Shown in pieces: positions 30,624 to 45,581 of a stretch of 64,000 bases of DNA. The stretch lies in contig OY759316.1 of NCBI GenBank assembly GCA_963662275.1, forward strand, positions 2,944,001 to 3,008,000. Direction: 5' to 3'. The stretch comes from Candidatus Cloacimonadales bacterium (GTDB lineage: Bacteria > Cloacimonadota > Cloacimonadia > Cloacimonadales > DAONDQ01). The translations under genes were made by a program, and so were the position numbers. The notes under the pieces were generated by a model. That model ran no database searches. It was not told where the DNA came from and worked only from the letters and a program-made list of their open reading frames with translations. Position 1 is the first letter of the stretch. Every line of letters begins with the position of its first letter.

Positions 30624-31391
30624 TTGGCTGCCAATGAATTAAAACGAAAACGAAGAGGAAACAGTAGATATTTTCTATTCTTCCTGATGATCGCATTGGC
30701 ATTGGGAGCTATGAGTTTTGGTTTAATTCAAGTCATGAAGCAAATTTCCTGGTTTAATGTGACTAAAATTGAAATTACAGGGAATCGCTTTCTGGACAAT
30801 AAATTTCTGACTGAAATTGCTCATGATTATATAGGTAAAAACATAATGGCTTTCTCAAAGAAAGATGTAGCAAAAAAATATTTGGCTATCAAGAGAATCC
30901 AGAAAGTGTCGATATCAAAAGTATTGCCTAGTAAATTGAAGATATCTGTTGTAGAACGCAGAAGTATTGTTTATGTGAAGACTGTTGAAGGAAACCTCTT
31001 CCCTATTGATGAAAATAAGATTGTTTTAGATAATCGCCCAACTGTTACTTTGGAAGATATGCCCGTTGTTAACACTGCCTATCAAAATTCACAGATGGTT
31101 GTTGGGAAGAAGTTAGCAAGTCAGTATCTTGAAAGAGTTATTTTGCTCCAGAAAGAATTATTAACTTTGAATCCAGATTTTGAAAGATGTATCTCAGAAT
31201 ATTATATGAAGGATGGACTCTTGTATTTTGTCGAAACTTCAACTGGCGCTCGAATCATCCTGGGGGACCAGAACTTACCCTCACGGATCAGGCGCTTCAT
31301 GTTCCTGAAAGAGAATGGTTCTTTTGAAAAGAACTCTATCTTCGATTTCAGATTTGAAGATCAGGTTGTCGTTAGAAAGGAGGCAGCTTGA
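30624..31391 (+). CDS. ftsQ: Cell division protein FtsQ/DivIB
   Basis: Basic N-terminus, TM helix, POTRA-like 'IEITGN...P..L.I.V.ER', C-terminal DFRF; TTG start after AGGAG. Confidence 0.88.
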   Translation: MAANELKRKRRGNSRYFLFFLMIALALGAMSFGLIQVMKQISWFNVTKIEITGNRFLDNKFLTEIAHDYIGKNIMAFSKKDVAKKYLAIKRIQKVSISKVLPSKLKISVVERRSIVYVKTVEGNLFPIDENKIVLDNRPTVTLEDMPVVNTAYQNSQMVVGKKLASQYLERVILLQKELLTLNPDFERCISEYYMKDGLLYFVETSTGARIILGDQNLPSRIRRFMFLKENGSFEKNSIFDFRFEDQVVVRKEAA

Positions 31392-32647
31392 GTAAATATA
31401 TAATCACAGCACTGGATATTGGAACTACTAAGATATGTGCTGTTATTGCCTCTTACACAGAGGATTCAAAGCTGGAAGTGAAAGGGATTGGCTGGAGTGA
31501 ATCTGAAGGTATTGATAAGGGAGTGGTGAAAGATATCCAAGCTGCTTCTGAATCAATTCGCAAAGCTCTTGAAGATGCAGAAACCCAGTCAAAATGTAAT
31601 GCTGATAATATCTTTATGGGCATCACAGGGGAACATATTCGCAGTATTAACACCATTGGCAGAATATCTATCTCTGGTTCATTAGGGAATGAGCCTTCTG
31701 AAATACAACAGGAACACGTAACTCAAGTATTGGATGATGCAAAGAAAAGTATCCGAATTCAGAAAGGAATGGAAAGATTAGAGATTCTTCATGGTATTCC
31801 ACAATTCTATGAGATTGATGGTCAAGACAGTATCCAGAATCCAATCAATATGAGTGGTTTCCATCTCACTGCTCATGTGAATATTATCCTGGCTGATATT
31901 ACAGCGATCAGGAATTTAAAGAAATGCGTGGAAATCGCAGGTTACGAAATTAATGAAATTGTATTAGAACACCTGGCTTGTAGTCTATCTATACTAACTG
32001 ATGTAGAAAAGAAACTTGGCTGCGTTTTGATTGACTTAGGGGGAGGTACTTCTGATATCTCGATCTTCTATCAGAACTCTCTGTATTCAACTTATGTCGT
32101 TCCTACTGGTGGTAATAATGTGACAAATGATCTTGCCATTGGTTTACGTACAACCCCCAAGTTCGCGGAATATCTTAAGATTGAATATGGGGACTGTCAG
32201 TCTCAGTCAGTTGATGAGAACCAGGAAGTGATTGTTGAAGGAATAAGTGGACGCAGCTCTACTTCCCAAAAAACACGTCATATTGCCATGATCATCCAGC
32301 ATCGAATGGATGAGATATTATCCCAATGTTACAAAGCAGCCGTTCAAAATTACCTGCCAGATCGTTTGACAGCAGGTGTTGTACTCACAGGTGGTGGATC
32401 ATTAATCAAGAACACATCTGACCTTGCAACAACCATATTTAATTTACCAGTAAAAATTGGGAGACCAGATACTTCAAAGCTAAGTGGTCCTGTATCCAGG
32501 ATGGAAGACCCCCAATATGCTACTGTTATCGGTCTTCTTTACTATGCAATGGATAATGATTTGTTCTTTAAACAAAATCTATCTTCAAGTAAATTGCCCA
32601 AAGTTTCTATAAAAAAAGTCATTGAATTTTTCAAAGAATTTAAATAA
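31388..32647 (+). CDS. ftsA: Cell division protein FtsA
   Basis: ALDIGTTKI, IDLGGGT, GG..VTNDLA, VLTGGGS. Confidence 0.96.
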   Translation: MSKYIITALDIGTTKICAVIASYTEDSKLEVKGIGWSESEGIDKGVVKDIQAASESIRKALEDAETQSKCNADNIFMGITGEHIRSINTIGRISISGSLGNEPSEIQQEHVTQVLDDAKKSIRIQKGMERLEILHGIPQFYEIDGQDSIQNPINMSGFHLTAHVNIILADITAIRNLKKCVEIAGYEINEIVLEHLACSLSILTDVEKKLGCVLIDLGGGTSDISIFYQNSLYSTYVVPTGGNNVTNDLAIGLRTTPKFAEYLKIEYGDCQSQSVDENQEVIVEGISGRSSTSQKTRHIAMIIQHRMDEILSQCYKAAVQNYLPDRLTAGVVLTGGGSLIKNTSDLATTIFNLPVKIGRPDTSKLSGPVSRMEDPQYATVIGLLYYAMDNDLFFKQNLSSSKLPKVSIKKVIEFFKEFK

Positions 32648-32662
32648 AGGAAGGGAGTATCC

Positions 32663-33832
32663 ATGATTGAATTTGATAGCAAAAATACGGTAGCAGGATC
32701 GATCATTAAAATTATTGGTGTCGGCGGAGCAGGTGGAAATGCGATAAACACAATGATCGAGAACAATTTGAATGGAGTGGAATTCGTTGTTGCCAATACG
32801 GATACGATGGATCTCCATAAATCGAAAGCGAAGATCAAACTGCAATTAGGTAAGAAGACTACTCGCGGTTTGGGAACAGGGGCAAATCCCGAAATTGGAA
32901 GAGATGCGGCTAATGAGTCCATTGATGAAATTCGAAGTATTCTTGATGGTGCAGATATGGTTTTCCTCGCTGCTGGTATGGGTGGTGGAACAGGCAGTGG
33001 CGCTGCTCCTGTCATAGCCCAATTGGCAAGAGACATGAATATCCTCTCCTTGGGTATTGTTACAAAACCCTTCCGCTTCGAAGGACAAAAAAGAAAGGAA
33101 AATGCTGATTTAGCCATCCAGGAATTCAGTCAGTATGTAGATACATTGATTGTTATTCCCAATGAAAAGATTCGAGAAATCTTTGCCGATATTACCGTTT
33201 TAAATGCATTTCATCAAGCAGACAATATTCTTTATGAAGCTGCTAAAGCTGTTTCTGATATTATCAATTTCAGCGGTTATATGAATGTTGACTTCGCAGA
33301 TGTAAAGAAAGTCATGTCCCAGATGGGGTATGCATTAATGGGTACTGGTGTTGCTGAAGGAGAAAATAGAGCTGTCATTGCTGCAAAGAATGCTATTTCG
33401 AATCCATTACTAAGTGATATCAATCTCCAGGGATGCAAAGCGCTTCTTATTAATATTACTGCTGGAAACGATCTCCTTATGTCTGAATTCGATACTGTTT
33501 CTGAAGTTGTTGTTAATGAAACTGGTTCTTCTGCGAATACAATTTTAGGCTTGGTATTTGATGAGAAGATGCAGGGTAAGATTGGTGTAACAATCATAGC
33601 AACTGGTCTTCAATCAATGGATGACGATAATATTAGCTTCGGTCCTTCAATTATAACTAAACCTGTTGAAGTACCTTCCTCCAATGAATTAGATGACATT
33701 CTTGAGCGTATACAAGCAAACCAAGCGAAATCTATCGATACTTCTACTTCTGTAAATGCAGCAGAAGAATTGAGTAGTTATTCACCTACAATTCAAACTG
33801 ACATACCATCATTCCTGAAAGCAATGGATTAA
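32663..33832 (+). CDS. ftsZ: Cell division protein FtsZ
   Basis: GVGGAGGNA, GGGTGSG, NVDFADV, C-terminal DIPSFL. Confidence 0.98.
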   Translation: MIEFDSKNTVAGSIIKIIGVGGAGGNAINTMIENNLNGVEFVVANTDTMDLHKSKAKIKLQLGKKTTRGLGTGANPEIGRDAANESIDEIRSILDGADMVFLAAGMGGGTGSGAAPVIAQLARDMNILSLGIVTKPFRFEGQKRKENADLAIQEFSQYVDTLIVIPNEKIREIFADITVLNAFHQADNILYEAAKAVSDIINFSGYMNVDFADVKKVMSQMGYALMGTGVAEGENRAVIAAKNAISNPLLSDINLQGCKALLINITAGNDLLMSEFDTVSEVVVNETGSSANTILGLVFDEKMQGKIGVTIIATGLQSMDDDNISFGPSIITKPVEVPSSNELDDILERIQANQAKSIDTSTSVNAAEELSSYSPTIQTDIPSFLKAMD

Positions 33833-33861
33833 AATAAACCCCACATACATAGTAGATAAAG

Positions 33862-33897
33862 AAAATGACCGACCCTTTTCCCAGGTCGGTCATTTTT
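33862..33897. terminator. Intrinsic terminator, potentially bidirectional, between ftsZ and the rRNA operon
   Basis: AAAATGACCGACC-loop-GGTCGGTCATTTTT. Confidence 0.85.
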
Positions 33898-33994
33898 CTT
33901 TATACTGTTTCGTGGTTAAATCATCCCTTTTCTGTTCTTCTCTTCCGTTCGCACTTCGTACTTCGGACTTAGTACTTAAAAAAAAAAGGGCGTA

Positions 33995-34112
<118 letters not shown>

Positions 34113-34182
34113 TACGCCCTTCATACTTGTTCAATATGCTGAGTTAGGTAAGACGATAAAGGAGCAAGTGTAAAAGTTTTTA

Positions 34183-37310
<3,128 letters not shown>

Positions 37311-37370
37311 TATCGACTTCTACACTCGCTCCCACGTCTATACTACTTTTCAAAGATCGGATAAAATTAC

Positions 37371-37446
37371 TGGTGGAGCATAGCGGGTTCGAACCGCTGA
37401 CCTCCGCCTTGCAAGGGCGGCGCTCTACCAACTAAGCTAATGCCCC
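37371..37446 (-). tRNA. tRNA-Ala(TGC)
   Basis: GGGGCATTAGCTTAG...TTGCAAG...TTCGAAC...TCCACCA cloverleaf in the ITS. Confidence 0.97.
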
Positions 37447-37453
37447 AGTAGGC

Positions 37454-37531
<78 letters not shown>

Positions 37532-37673
37532 CCTTTTTACAGAACAACGTATCAAAAGATACGTTTATTCAAATTATCAAAAAATGGAGTGAAGTCAGCG
37601 CTTTGCGAATGAAATTCATTTGTATGGAAGTTGACCATTTGATCTTACATTTTCTATTGATCGTTTCCTTACA

Positions 37674-39225
<1,552 letters not shown>

Positions 39226-39279
39226 TCCTAAACTCATTATCTTCGCAAGTTGCTTCACTTTCACTCCACTTCTATATGC

Positions 39280-39292
39280 TTTTTCAAAGATC
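39280..39292 (-). promoter_or_regulatory. boxA-like antitermination site in the rRNA leader (second copy at 37347-37359 in the ITS)
   Basis: Minus-strand TGATCTTTGAAAA before 16S and CGATCTTTGAAAA before 23S. Confidence 0.7.
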
Positions 39293-39396
39293 ATTCGCCT
39301 ACAAACAGGCAGGTGGTCAAGCTACGGATAGCTCGTTTTCCGGTCAAGAAAAAAGTGACTTTATCATATTTTTCTCATTAACAATACTGTTTTCCG

Positions 39397-40686
39397 TTAT
39401 GTTAACTCCACATACCAAGAAGATTTACCTGTCATTAATGCCCAATATGGTTTTAATACTTCCGGTAAACGAATCCTGCCATCAGACTCCTGGTATGTTT
39501 CTAAAATGGCTATAAAAGTACGTGGTGTTGCTAAGCCAGAACCATTTAACGTATGAACGAACTTTACTTTCCCATCTGCATCACGGAAGCGAATATATGC
39601 TCTTCTTGCCTGGAAATCTTCAAAATTACTTACAGAAGATACTTCCAGGTACTTTCCAGTACCAGGTGCCCATACTTCCAGGTCATAGGTTTTTGCAGAA
39701 GCAAAACTCAAATCACCGGAACTAAGCATCATGACTCTATAATGCAACCCAAGTGCTTGCAGGATTTCTTCTGCATCATTAGTCATCTCTTCAAGTATCT
39801 CATAAGAAATGTCAGGATGAACTAATCTGACCATTTCGACTTTATTGAATTGATGTAACCTCTGCAATCCACGTGTATCCTTGCCATAAGACCCTGCTTC
39901 GCGTCGGAAACAATTGGTATAGCTAACCATTTTTATAGGCAGATTTGCATGAGAAAGAATCTCATCGGCATAAAGATTTGTTACCGGCACTTCTGCTGTT
40001 GGAATCAGGAAAAGATCATCTTCATCCACATGATACATATCATTTTCGAGCTTAGGAAGTTGCCCAGTACCAGTCATGGTTTTACGATTCACAAGTGCTG
40101 GAACTCCCATTTCACGATATCCATGTTTACGGATATGAAAATCGATCATAAAATTGATCAAAGCCCTTTCCAGAATTGCACCAGCTCCGCAATACACGGG
40201 AAATCCGCTGCCGGAAATCTTAGCTCCTCGGTTCAAATCCAATAGATTATTGTGTTCGATGAGAGAAACCTGGTCTTTGGGTTCAAAGTCAAACGTTATC
40301 GCTTTTCCACATTCCCGAACGAATTTATTGAACGTTTCATCTTTCCCGACCGGTACGGAATCATGGGGAATATTGGGGGCACGTAACAGTAATTGTTCCA
40401 GATTCTTCTCAATATCAGATATCTGGTTTGCCAGTTCCTTGTTTTGATCTGATATTACTTGCATATCATGAAGAAGATTTTCTGCGTTTCCACCCTCTTT
40501 TTTAATCTGTGCAATATCCTTAGATACTTTGTTCTGTTGTGCTTTGTTATTATCAAACGTGAATTGCAATTTCCGCCGATTCTCATCCAGGGCAAGGATA
40601 TCATCTACATTCACTTTGTCATTTTTCTTTGCTAATCCTATTCTTACAAAATCAGCATTTTCTCTGATGAATTTCAAATCTAACAT
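39397..40686 (-). CDS. serS: Serine--tRNA ligase
   Basis: MLDLKFIR, LIPTAEVP, FRREAGSYG, RLHQF.KVE, TLNGSGLA. Confidence 0.98.
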   Translation of the reverse strand: MLDLKFIRENADFVRIGLAKKNDKVNVDDILALDENRRKLQFTFDNNKAQQNKVSKDIAQIKKEGGNAENLLHDMQVISDQNKELANQISDIEKNLEQLLLRAPNIPHDSVPVGKDETFNKFVRECGKAITFDFEPKDQVSLIEHNNLLDLNRGAKISGSGFPVYCGAGAILERALINFMIDFHIRKHGYREMGVPALVNRKTMTGTGQLPKLENDMYHVDEDDLFLIPTAEVPVTNLYADEILSHANLPIKMVSYTNCFRREAGSYGKDTRGLQRLHQFNKVEMVRLVHPDISYEILEEMTNDAEEILQALGLHYRVMMLSSGDLSFASAKTYDLEVWAPGTGKYLEVSSVSNFEDFQARRAYIRFRDADGKVKFVHTLNGSGLATPRTFIAILETYQESDGRIRLPEVLKPYWALMTGKSSWYVELT

Positions 40687-40689
40687 ATT

Positions 40690-41466
40690 TTACCTCTTTG
40701 TGTATTCACAGGCAATATCAATCATTACTATATAGGATTCAATATCAAGTGACGCCCCACCTATGAGACCTCCATCAATATCTGGCTTTTCGAGTAATTC
40801 CCGGAAATTATCAGGCTTGACACTTCCGCCATAAAGTATAGAGATTCTGTCTGCAACCATGCTTGAATATTGCGTTTCCAACCAGGAGCGTATCAAGGCA
40901 TGGACTTCCTGGGCTTGCTCGGGAGTGGCAGTTTTTCCTGTCCCAATAGCCCAGACGGGTTCATAAGCAATAACGATCGTGGGATCAAGTTCCAAGTCTA
41001 AATCATTTATACAGTTATCAAGTTGATTGATTACAATGGACTCAGTCAGGTCTGCTTCCCTTTGCTCAAGTGTCTCACCAACACAGATAATGGGCATAAT
41101 GCGGTGTTTTCTAAGAATTTTAGCTTTTAGATGGATCAATTCATTCGTTTCTCCATAATAGGCACGTCTTTCCGAATGTCCGATGATGCAATAGCTGATT
41201 CCAACTGTTTTCAGCATTGCTGCTGAGACTTCCCCTGTATATGCTCCCTGTTCTTTATCATTTACATTTTGTGCAGCAAGAAGTATAGGAGTATCTTTTG
41301 TCAAAAAATGAATGCTATTAAGAAAAGGATATGGTGGTGCAACAACGATTTCACATGGTCCAAAATCCCTTGCTTGAGAAAACTCGGATAACCGTTCCAT
41401 GAAACTATTTGCTTCATGCAGGTCTTTGTTCATTTTCCAATTACCAGCAATGATAATCTTCCGCAT
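40690..41466 (-). CDS. tpiA: Triosephosphate isomerase
   Basis: AGNWKM, GHSERR, AYEPVWAIGTG, YGGSV, GGASL. Confidence 0.98.
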   Translation of the reverse strand: MRKIIIAGNWKMNKDLHEANSFMERLSEFSQARDFGPCEIVVAPPYPFLNSIHFLTKDTPILLAAQNVNDKEQGAYTGEVSAAMLKTVGISYCIIGHSERRAYYGETNELIHLKAKILRKHRIMPIICVGETLEQREADLTESIVINQLDNCINDLDLELDPTIVIAYEPVWAIGTGKTATPEQAQEVHALIRSWLETQYSSMVADRISILYGGSVKPDNFRELLEKPDIDGGLIGGASLDIESYIVMIDIACEYTKR

Positions 41467-41584
41467 TTTTCCCTCCCGGGTTATTACTATATTTATAAAT
41501 TGAATCTTTTAGTAGCTGGCTTTTTGACAAGAAATTTATCCAGACAAATTAAGAATTATGCATTATGAGTTATAAATAAGGCAG

Positions 41585-41770
41585 AAATCGAGAGGAAATC
41601 TTGAAGCTCAAAGTTCCATTTATCTGGGTGTTCATTGAAGATGTGAAAGAAATTTGAACTAAACTAAAAACAGGTTTTAGCTACCGATGATGAAAGGTCG
41701 ATTTTGAAGTCCGAATGCCCTTTTAGTTAAGTATTCAATGATAATTTGTTTAGGGCATTTGAACTCCAAA
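41585..41770. repeat. Modular intergenic repeat, locus 1
   Basis: 41680-41716 is the exact reverse complement of 55135-55171; 41698-41770 matches the reverse complement of about 55739-55810. Confidence 0.85.
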
Positions 41771-41823
41771 CTCTTAGCTTTCATATAAAGTCCAAACTCT
41801 TAGTTTTATGTTATGTCAGATTC

Positions 41824-42246
41824 TTAGCTGCATAAATCACATCCGCATTGATCGCATTTTTTATACGACCAGCCTGTTCGTGCTCCGCATGTTGGGCAAG
41901 TATATGCTTGTTTTTGTTCCAGGAGCCAATCATCAAGACCAATCTCTCGAATACGTTTCAGATTTTCTATTGTCATGGCACAATGTTCTCTTCCATTATT
42001 TGCGAATCTAGTCAGTTCTTCACAAGGCATTTCTTCACATTCTGCACAAGTCTCATAACCTTTGGCTTCACAACAAACAACAAAGCTGCAATCAGGATGT
42101 TTGGCAACCTTACAATCAGGACAGATCAATTGTTCTACCGGTTTGTTCAGCTTTTTGGCAAATTCTTCAACTGTACTGGTTTCCCGTGCAATGTTGCATA
42201 AACAGCCACCGCAGTATAATCCGCAATATGCTATATAATTAGACAT
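41824..42246 (-). CDS. Cys-rich DUF3795-like protein
   Basis: CGLYCGGC...C..C...C....CC...G...CAEC...PC pattern, ENLKRI...G...WL, C-terminal CPTCG. Confidence 0.75.
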   Translation of the reverse strand: MSNYIAYCGLYCGGCLCNIARETSTVEEFAKKLNKPVEQLICPDCKVAKHPDCSFVVCCEAKGYETCAECEEMPCEELTRFANNGREHCAMTIENLKRIREIGLDDWLLEQKQAYTCPTCGARTGWSYKKCDQCGCDLCS

Positions 42247-42347
42247 AATACCTCACAATTTTTTTTTATAATGGATGAAAGATATGGATATATGTCAAAT
42301 GAATTAACCTAGGTTGATTTACTAAATGAAAATCTGCTTTCCTATCT

Positions 42348-42456
42348 TCGTAGATATGTCATCTCTAGCCTCAGGTGTAAACCTCTGCATTTTTAATCAT
42401 CTGTGTCAATATAACATCGTAGATGTGACATCTCAGCCTAAGGTGTGAACCTCAGG
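42348..42456. repeat. Two direct copies of a GTAG-headed palindromic unit
   Basis: TCGTAGATATGTCATCTCTAGCCTCAGGTGTAAACCTC and TCGTAGATGTGACATCTCAGCCTAAGGTGTGAACCTC. Confidence 0.7.
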
Positions 42457-42520
42457 AAACGGCACCAATACATAATTATCACCATCTTCCCCCGCATCCG
42501 AACCCATTTATGGGTGACAT

Positions 42521-44542
42521 CTATTCATTCTTACCCAAAATCTTATCCACCTTTTCTTCTGTCATACATGGTTTGATTTGCTCCAGGACATCCATACTCC
42601 TGGAATACAGCTTTATCGCTTTGATCCGATAAAACATGTACTCACTACCTAAACTCACATTTTCATGTTGATATGTTGTGGTATGACTTAGCCCCAGGAA
42701 ATAGAAAGGACCCGTTTCCACTGAAGATCCATTGAAATACACAAAATAATAATCGGGAATTAATGGTGTCTCTAAAATTGATTGCGTCACAGCTTCCCAT
42801 GAAAGTTGCGCATTGTTATTACTCATATTGATTTGCAGATTATCTGGCTCTTTCGGTGGAACATAGGCTCCCTTTCCACTGAATTTAACTTTAATTATTG
42901 GCAAGTTAACAGCATTGGACTCTATGATGAGTGAATCACTGATAGTAGATGTACTGATAGGATGAAAACTGACATGTATCGTAGCTGAATCACCAGGAGC
43001 AATGCCCTGCATAATATCTGTTGATGCATAACTGAATGCTGGATTACCACTCTTCCAATGAACATTAGTGATATGCAATGAGTCTGAACCTGTACTATGA
43101 ACTGTTATTGTATATTCTGTTGTTGTTCCCAAATATTGAGTATCAAAGTTGATAATACTGTCAGAACAACTTGCATTTGTTAATGCTAGTTTAAAATACC
43201 ACCATGGGCATAAAGAAGAATCAGCATAATCTATAAAACTTCCGTACATTTTATATGGAATGATTTTCCATTTATAGTATCCATAAGATAGCAGAGGTGT
43301 TGTCCATGAAGTTGTATTTCCTATGTCAATCGATGTATTACCATTCCAGGAAAGCAGATAACCACTCGGTTCAGTATCTCCAGAATTAGGCTCCCAGTTA
43401 AGAATTGTTGTTATCAAGATTGACCAAATTGATATATTATTATCAGGAGGGGACTGATTAGTTGGAACATTCAGTGGTATTGTCCCAATTCCATTCAGAG
43501 CGACGTTTGTGATAAGATCATTCGCCATATTAGACACATTTCCATTATTGACTCCATCCAAAAGTGGATTAAAATGAACATATATTAAGCCATTATAAGT
43601 GGGTGGAACTTTGAAAGACGAAACCCATGGACCTATATTATCCATGGAGACTTCGTAACTTGCAGGTACGCTGATAGCTATACTATCCGTTAAATCTATA
43701 CAAGTCAGAGTATATGACTGGTAGGCAGAAGTTGTGCCAATTGAAGTCAAAAATGAAAGACTCGTAGGATTTACAGAAATCGAGCTTGTAACAGGATAAA
43801 CATCATCCCAAGTCGTACCAATTTTAATCGCATCATAAATCGCCGGAGGAGTACTGGTACCCTGTCGTAACATGAAAGCAGTTATATTGGTAGGATCTGC
43901 TGTTATTTCAGTATTAGATATTATTGTTGGTGTTGTCTCAGTACCAGGTGTGGGAGGATTGATCCATAAACGAACTTCATCGTTCGCCGTACCATCAATG
44001 AAGCTGTATTTTATAATAAAAAGATATGTCGTTCCTGTATCATAGATTGTTGTACCATAGACAGCTGATACTGCAGCACTTGACTTAGAAATACCTACAG
44101 TGAATTTGTTGCTAAGTGTTGCATCTCTTTTAAAATAAACTTTAGTATAGAAAGATGAAGGTGTAGTGCCAAGGTTGACTTCATAGTCAGCTGATGGACT
44201 TATCCAACCAGTTGAATTTGCATTAAACAAGAACGCAACATATATGTTACCTGAATTAATAGCAGTAAAGGTCTTATTAATGTCATATCCAGTCATGGCG
44301 GATGTTTGAATCGCTCCACCAAGACTTGGATACGAGTAATTAGCGTAAGATAAACCTGAGTCAATTACCACCCAGGGGTTTGCCATACCACTATGTGTTG
44401 CCCAGCCATTCACTCCAACAACCGTCGAACCAGCAGAGAATGGTGGTATAGTGAAATCTTCCGTCCATAAAAGAGTAGCGTAAAGAGTACAATTTAATAC
44501 TAATACAATAAATAATGAAAGTAATAATAATCTTTTTGTCAT
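42521..44542 (-). CDS. Secreted multi-domain protein (beta-sandwich and Ig/ASH-like domains, C-terminal FN3-like domain)
   Basis: Signal peptide; 'ITVHSTGSDSLHITNV...IAPGDSATIHVSFHP' Ig-like domain; 'MFYRIKAIK' near the C-terminus; RBS GGGAGG. Confidence 0.8.
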   Translation of the reverse strand: MTKRLLLLSLFIVLVLNCTLYATLLWTEDFTIPPFSAGSTVVGVNGWATHSGMANPWVVIDSGLSYANYSYPSLGGAIQTSAMTGYDINKTFTAINSGNIYVAFLFNANSTGWISPSADYEVNLGTTPSSFYTKVYFKRDATLSNKFTVGISKSSAAVSAVYGTTIYDTGTTYLFIIKYSFIDGTANDEVRLWINPPTPGTETTPTIISNTEITADPTNITAFMLRQGTSTPPAIYDAIKIGTTWDDVYPVTSSISVNPTSLSFLTSIGTTSAYQSYTLTCIDLTDSIAISVPASYEVSMDNIGPWVSSFKVPPTYNGLIYVHFNPLLDGVNNGNVSNMANDLITNVALNGIGTIPLNVPTNQSPPDNNISIWSILITTILNWEPNSGDTEPSGYLLSWNGNTSIDIGNTTSWTTPLLSYGYYKWKIIPYKMYGSFIDYADSSLCPWWYFKLALTNASCSDSIINFDTQYLGTTTEYTITVHSTGSDSLHITNVHWKSGNPAFSYASTDIMQGIAPGDSATIHVSFHPISTSTISDSLIIESNAVNLPIIKVKFSGKGAYVPPKEPDNLQINMSNNNAQLSWEAVTQSILETPLIPDYYFVYFNGSSVETGPFYFLGLSHTTTYQHENVSLGSEYMFYRIKAIKLYSRSMDVLEQIKPCMTEEKVDKILGKNE

Positions 44543-44775
44543 GCAATCCTCCCTAACTACCGTATATTCATTGATACAAAAAATATATTTGATGAATTTG
44601 GCAATTTTGTGTTTTCATGAATAATTTGTCAAATGATTTGTCAAATGTAGGGATAGACCCATTCCCAATATCCATAAGATTCATAAGATCGGAATCTTAT
44701 GCCACAAAGCACGCATAAAGCACATCTCCACTCCTGAAAAACTCATTAAATGAAATACTTAACCTTTACTATACT

Positions 44776-44842
44776 ATTACGGTACTAATACGGTTTTTTA
44801 CCGTAATGCTACCGTATTGCTACCGTATTGCTACCGTAATGC
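44776..44842. repeat. 11-bp tandem repeat TACCGTAWTGC x4 preceded by two inverted units
   Basis: Units at 44799, 44810, 44821, 44832; ATTACGGTA at 44776 and AATACGGT at 44787. Confidence 0.85.
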
Positions 44843-44893
44843 CTTTTAGGGATTTGCCCCGCTCTGCAATTTTTAACTACTAGTTTTTAGTTA

Positions 44894-45454
44894 TTAACTG
44901 ATGTAGGTGACAGCATTTTCTTTTCTTTCAGGAGCTTCAGTCTTTATGGTCTTTTTGCCGATTGCAATGGCATAATATGGAATATAGCCAGAAGGAATTT
45001 GGAACTTCTGCAGATACTCTTCCTTTTTTGCACCTACAAAAACCATACGGGCAAAGCCTATCCAGCAAGAACCTAAATCAAGAGATTCAGCAGCCAGGAG
45101 CATGTTTTGTGCAGCGGCTGCGCAATCTGTTTCGGGCATCATACTAGCTTCTTCACCTGAGATCAGGATAATAGCAGGAGCATTGTAGAAGATATGGAAT
45201 TTGTTATTGTTACCCAGCTTTTGCATCTGTTCATTTTCAGAATGTGCCAGTGTTTCTTTTGCATCTATGCTGTATTGATCAATCATATCCTTATCCTGAA
45301 TTACAGTAAAATGCCAGGATTGGTGGTTATGAGCACTTGGTGCATAGAGACCTGCTTCTATAATAGCTTCAATTTCGTCCTTAGATACTTCATCTGTTTG
45401 AAAACTGCGTGAAGACCTTCTGGTTTTTATCGTTTGAAGAACTGGATTAGTCAT
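44894..45454 (-). CDS. Nitroreductase family protein
   Basis: IKTRRSSRSF, APSAHN.Q.WHF, D...AAQNMLLAAESL.LGSCWIG; start at ATG 45454 after GGAGG. Confidence 0.92.
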   Translation of the reverse strand: MTNPVLQTIKTRRSSRSFQTDEVSKDEIEAIIEAGLYAPSAHNHQSWHFTVIQDKDMIDQYSIDAKETLAHSENEQMQKLGNNNKFHIFYNAPAIILISGEEASMMPETDCAAAAQNMLLAAESLDLGSCWIGFARMVFVGAKKEEYLQKFQIPSGYIPYYAIAIGKKTIKTEAPERKENAVTYIS

Positions 45455-45581
45455 TTTTCCTCCCTGACTCATCTGTATTTTGAGATAAATAGAATTAATA
45501 GCTGGAATTTGTGCAATTTATTTTTTATTATTCTCTTTGTAGAATGGTATTCTATTGTAAAAGGGGATTGGTAAACAAGCT

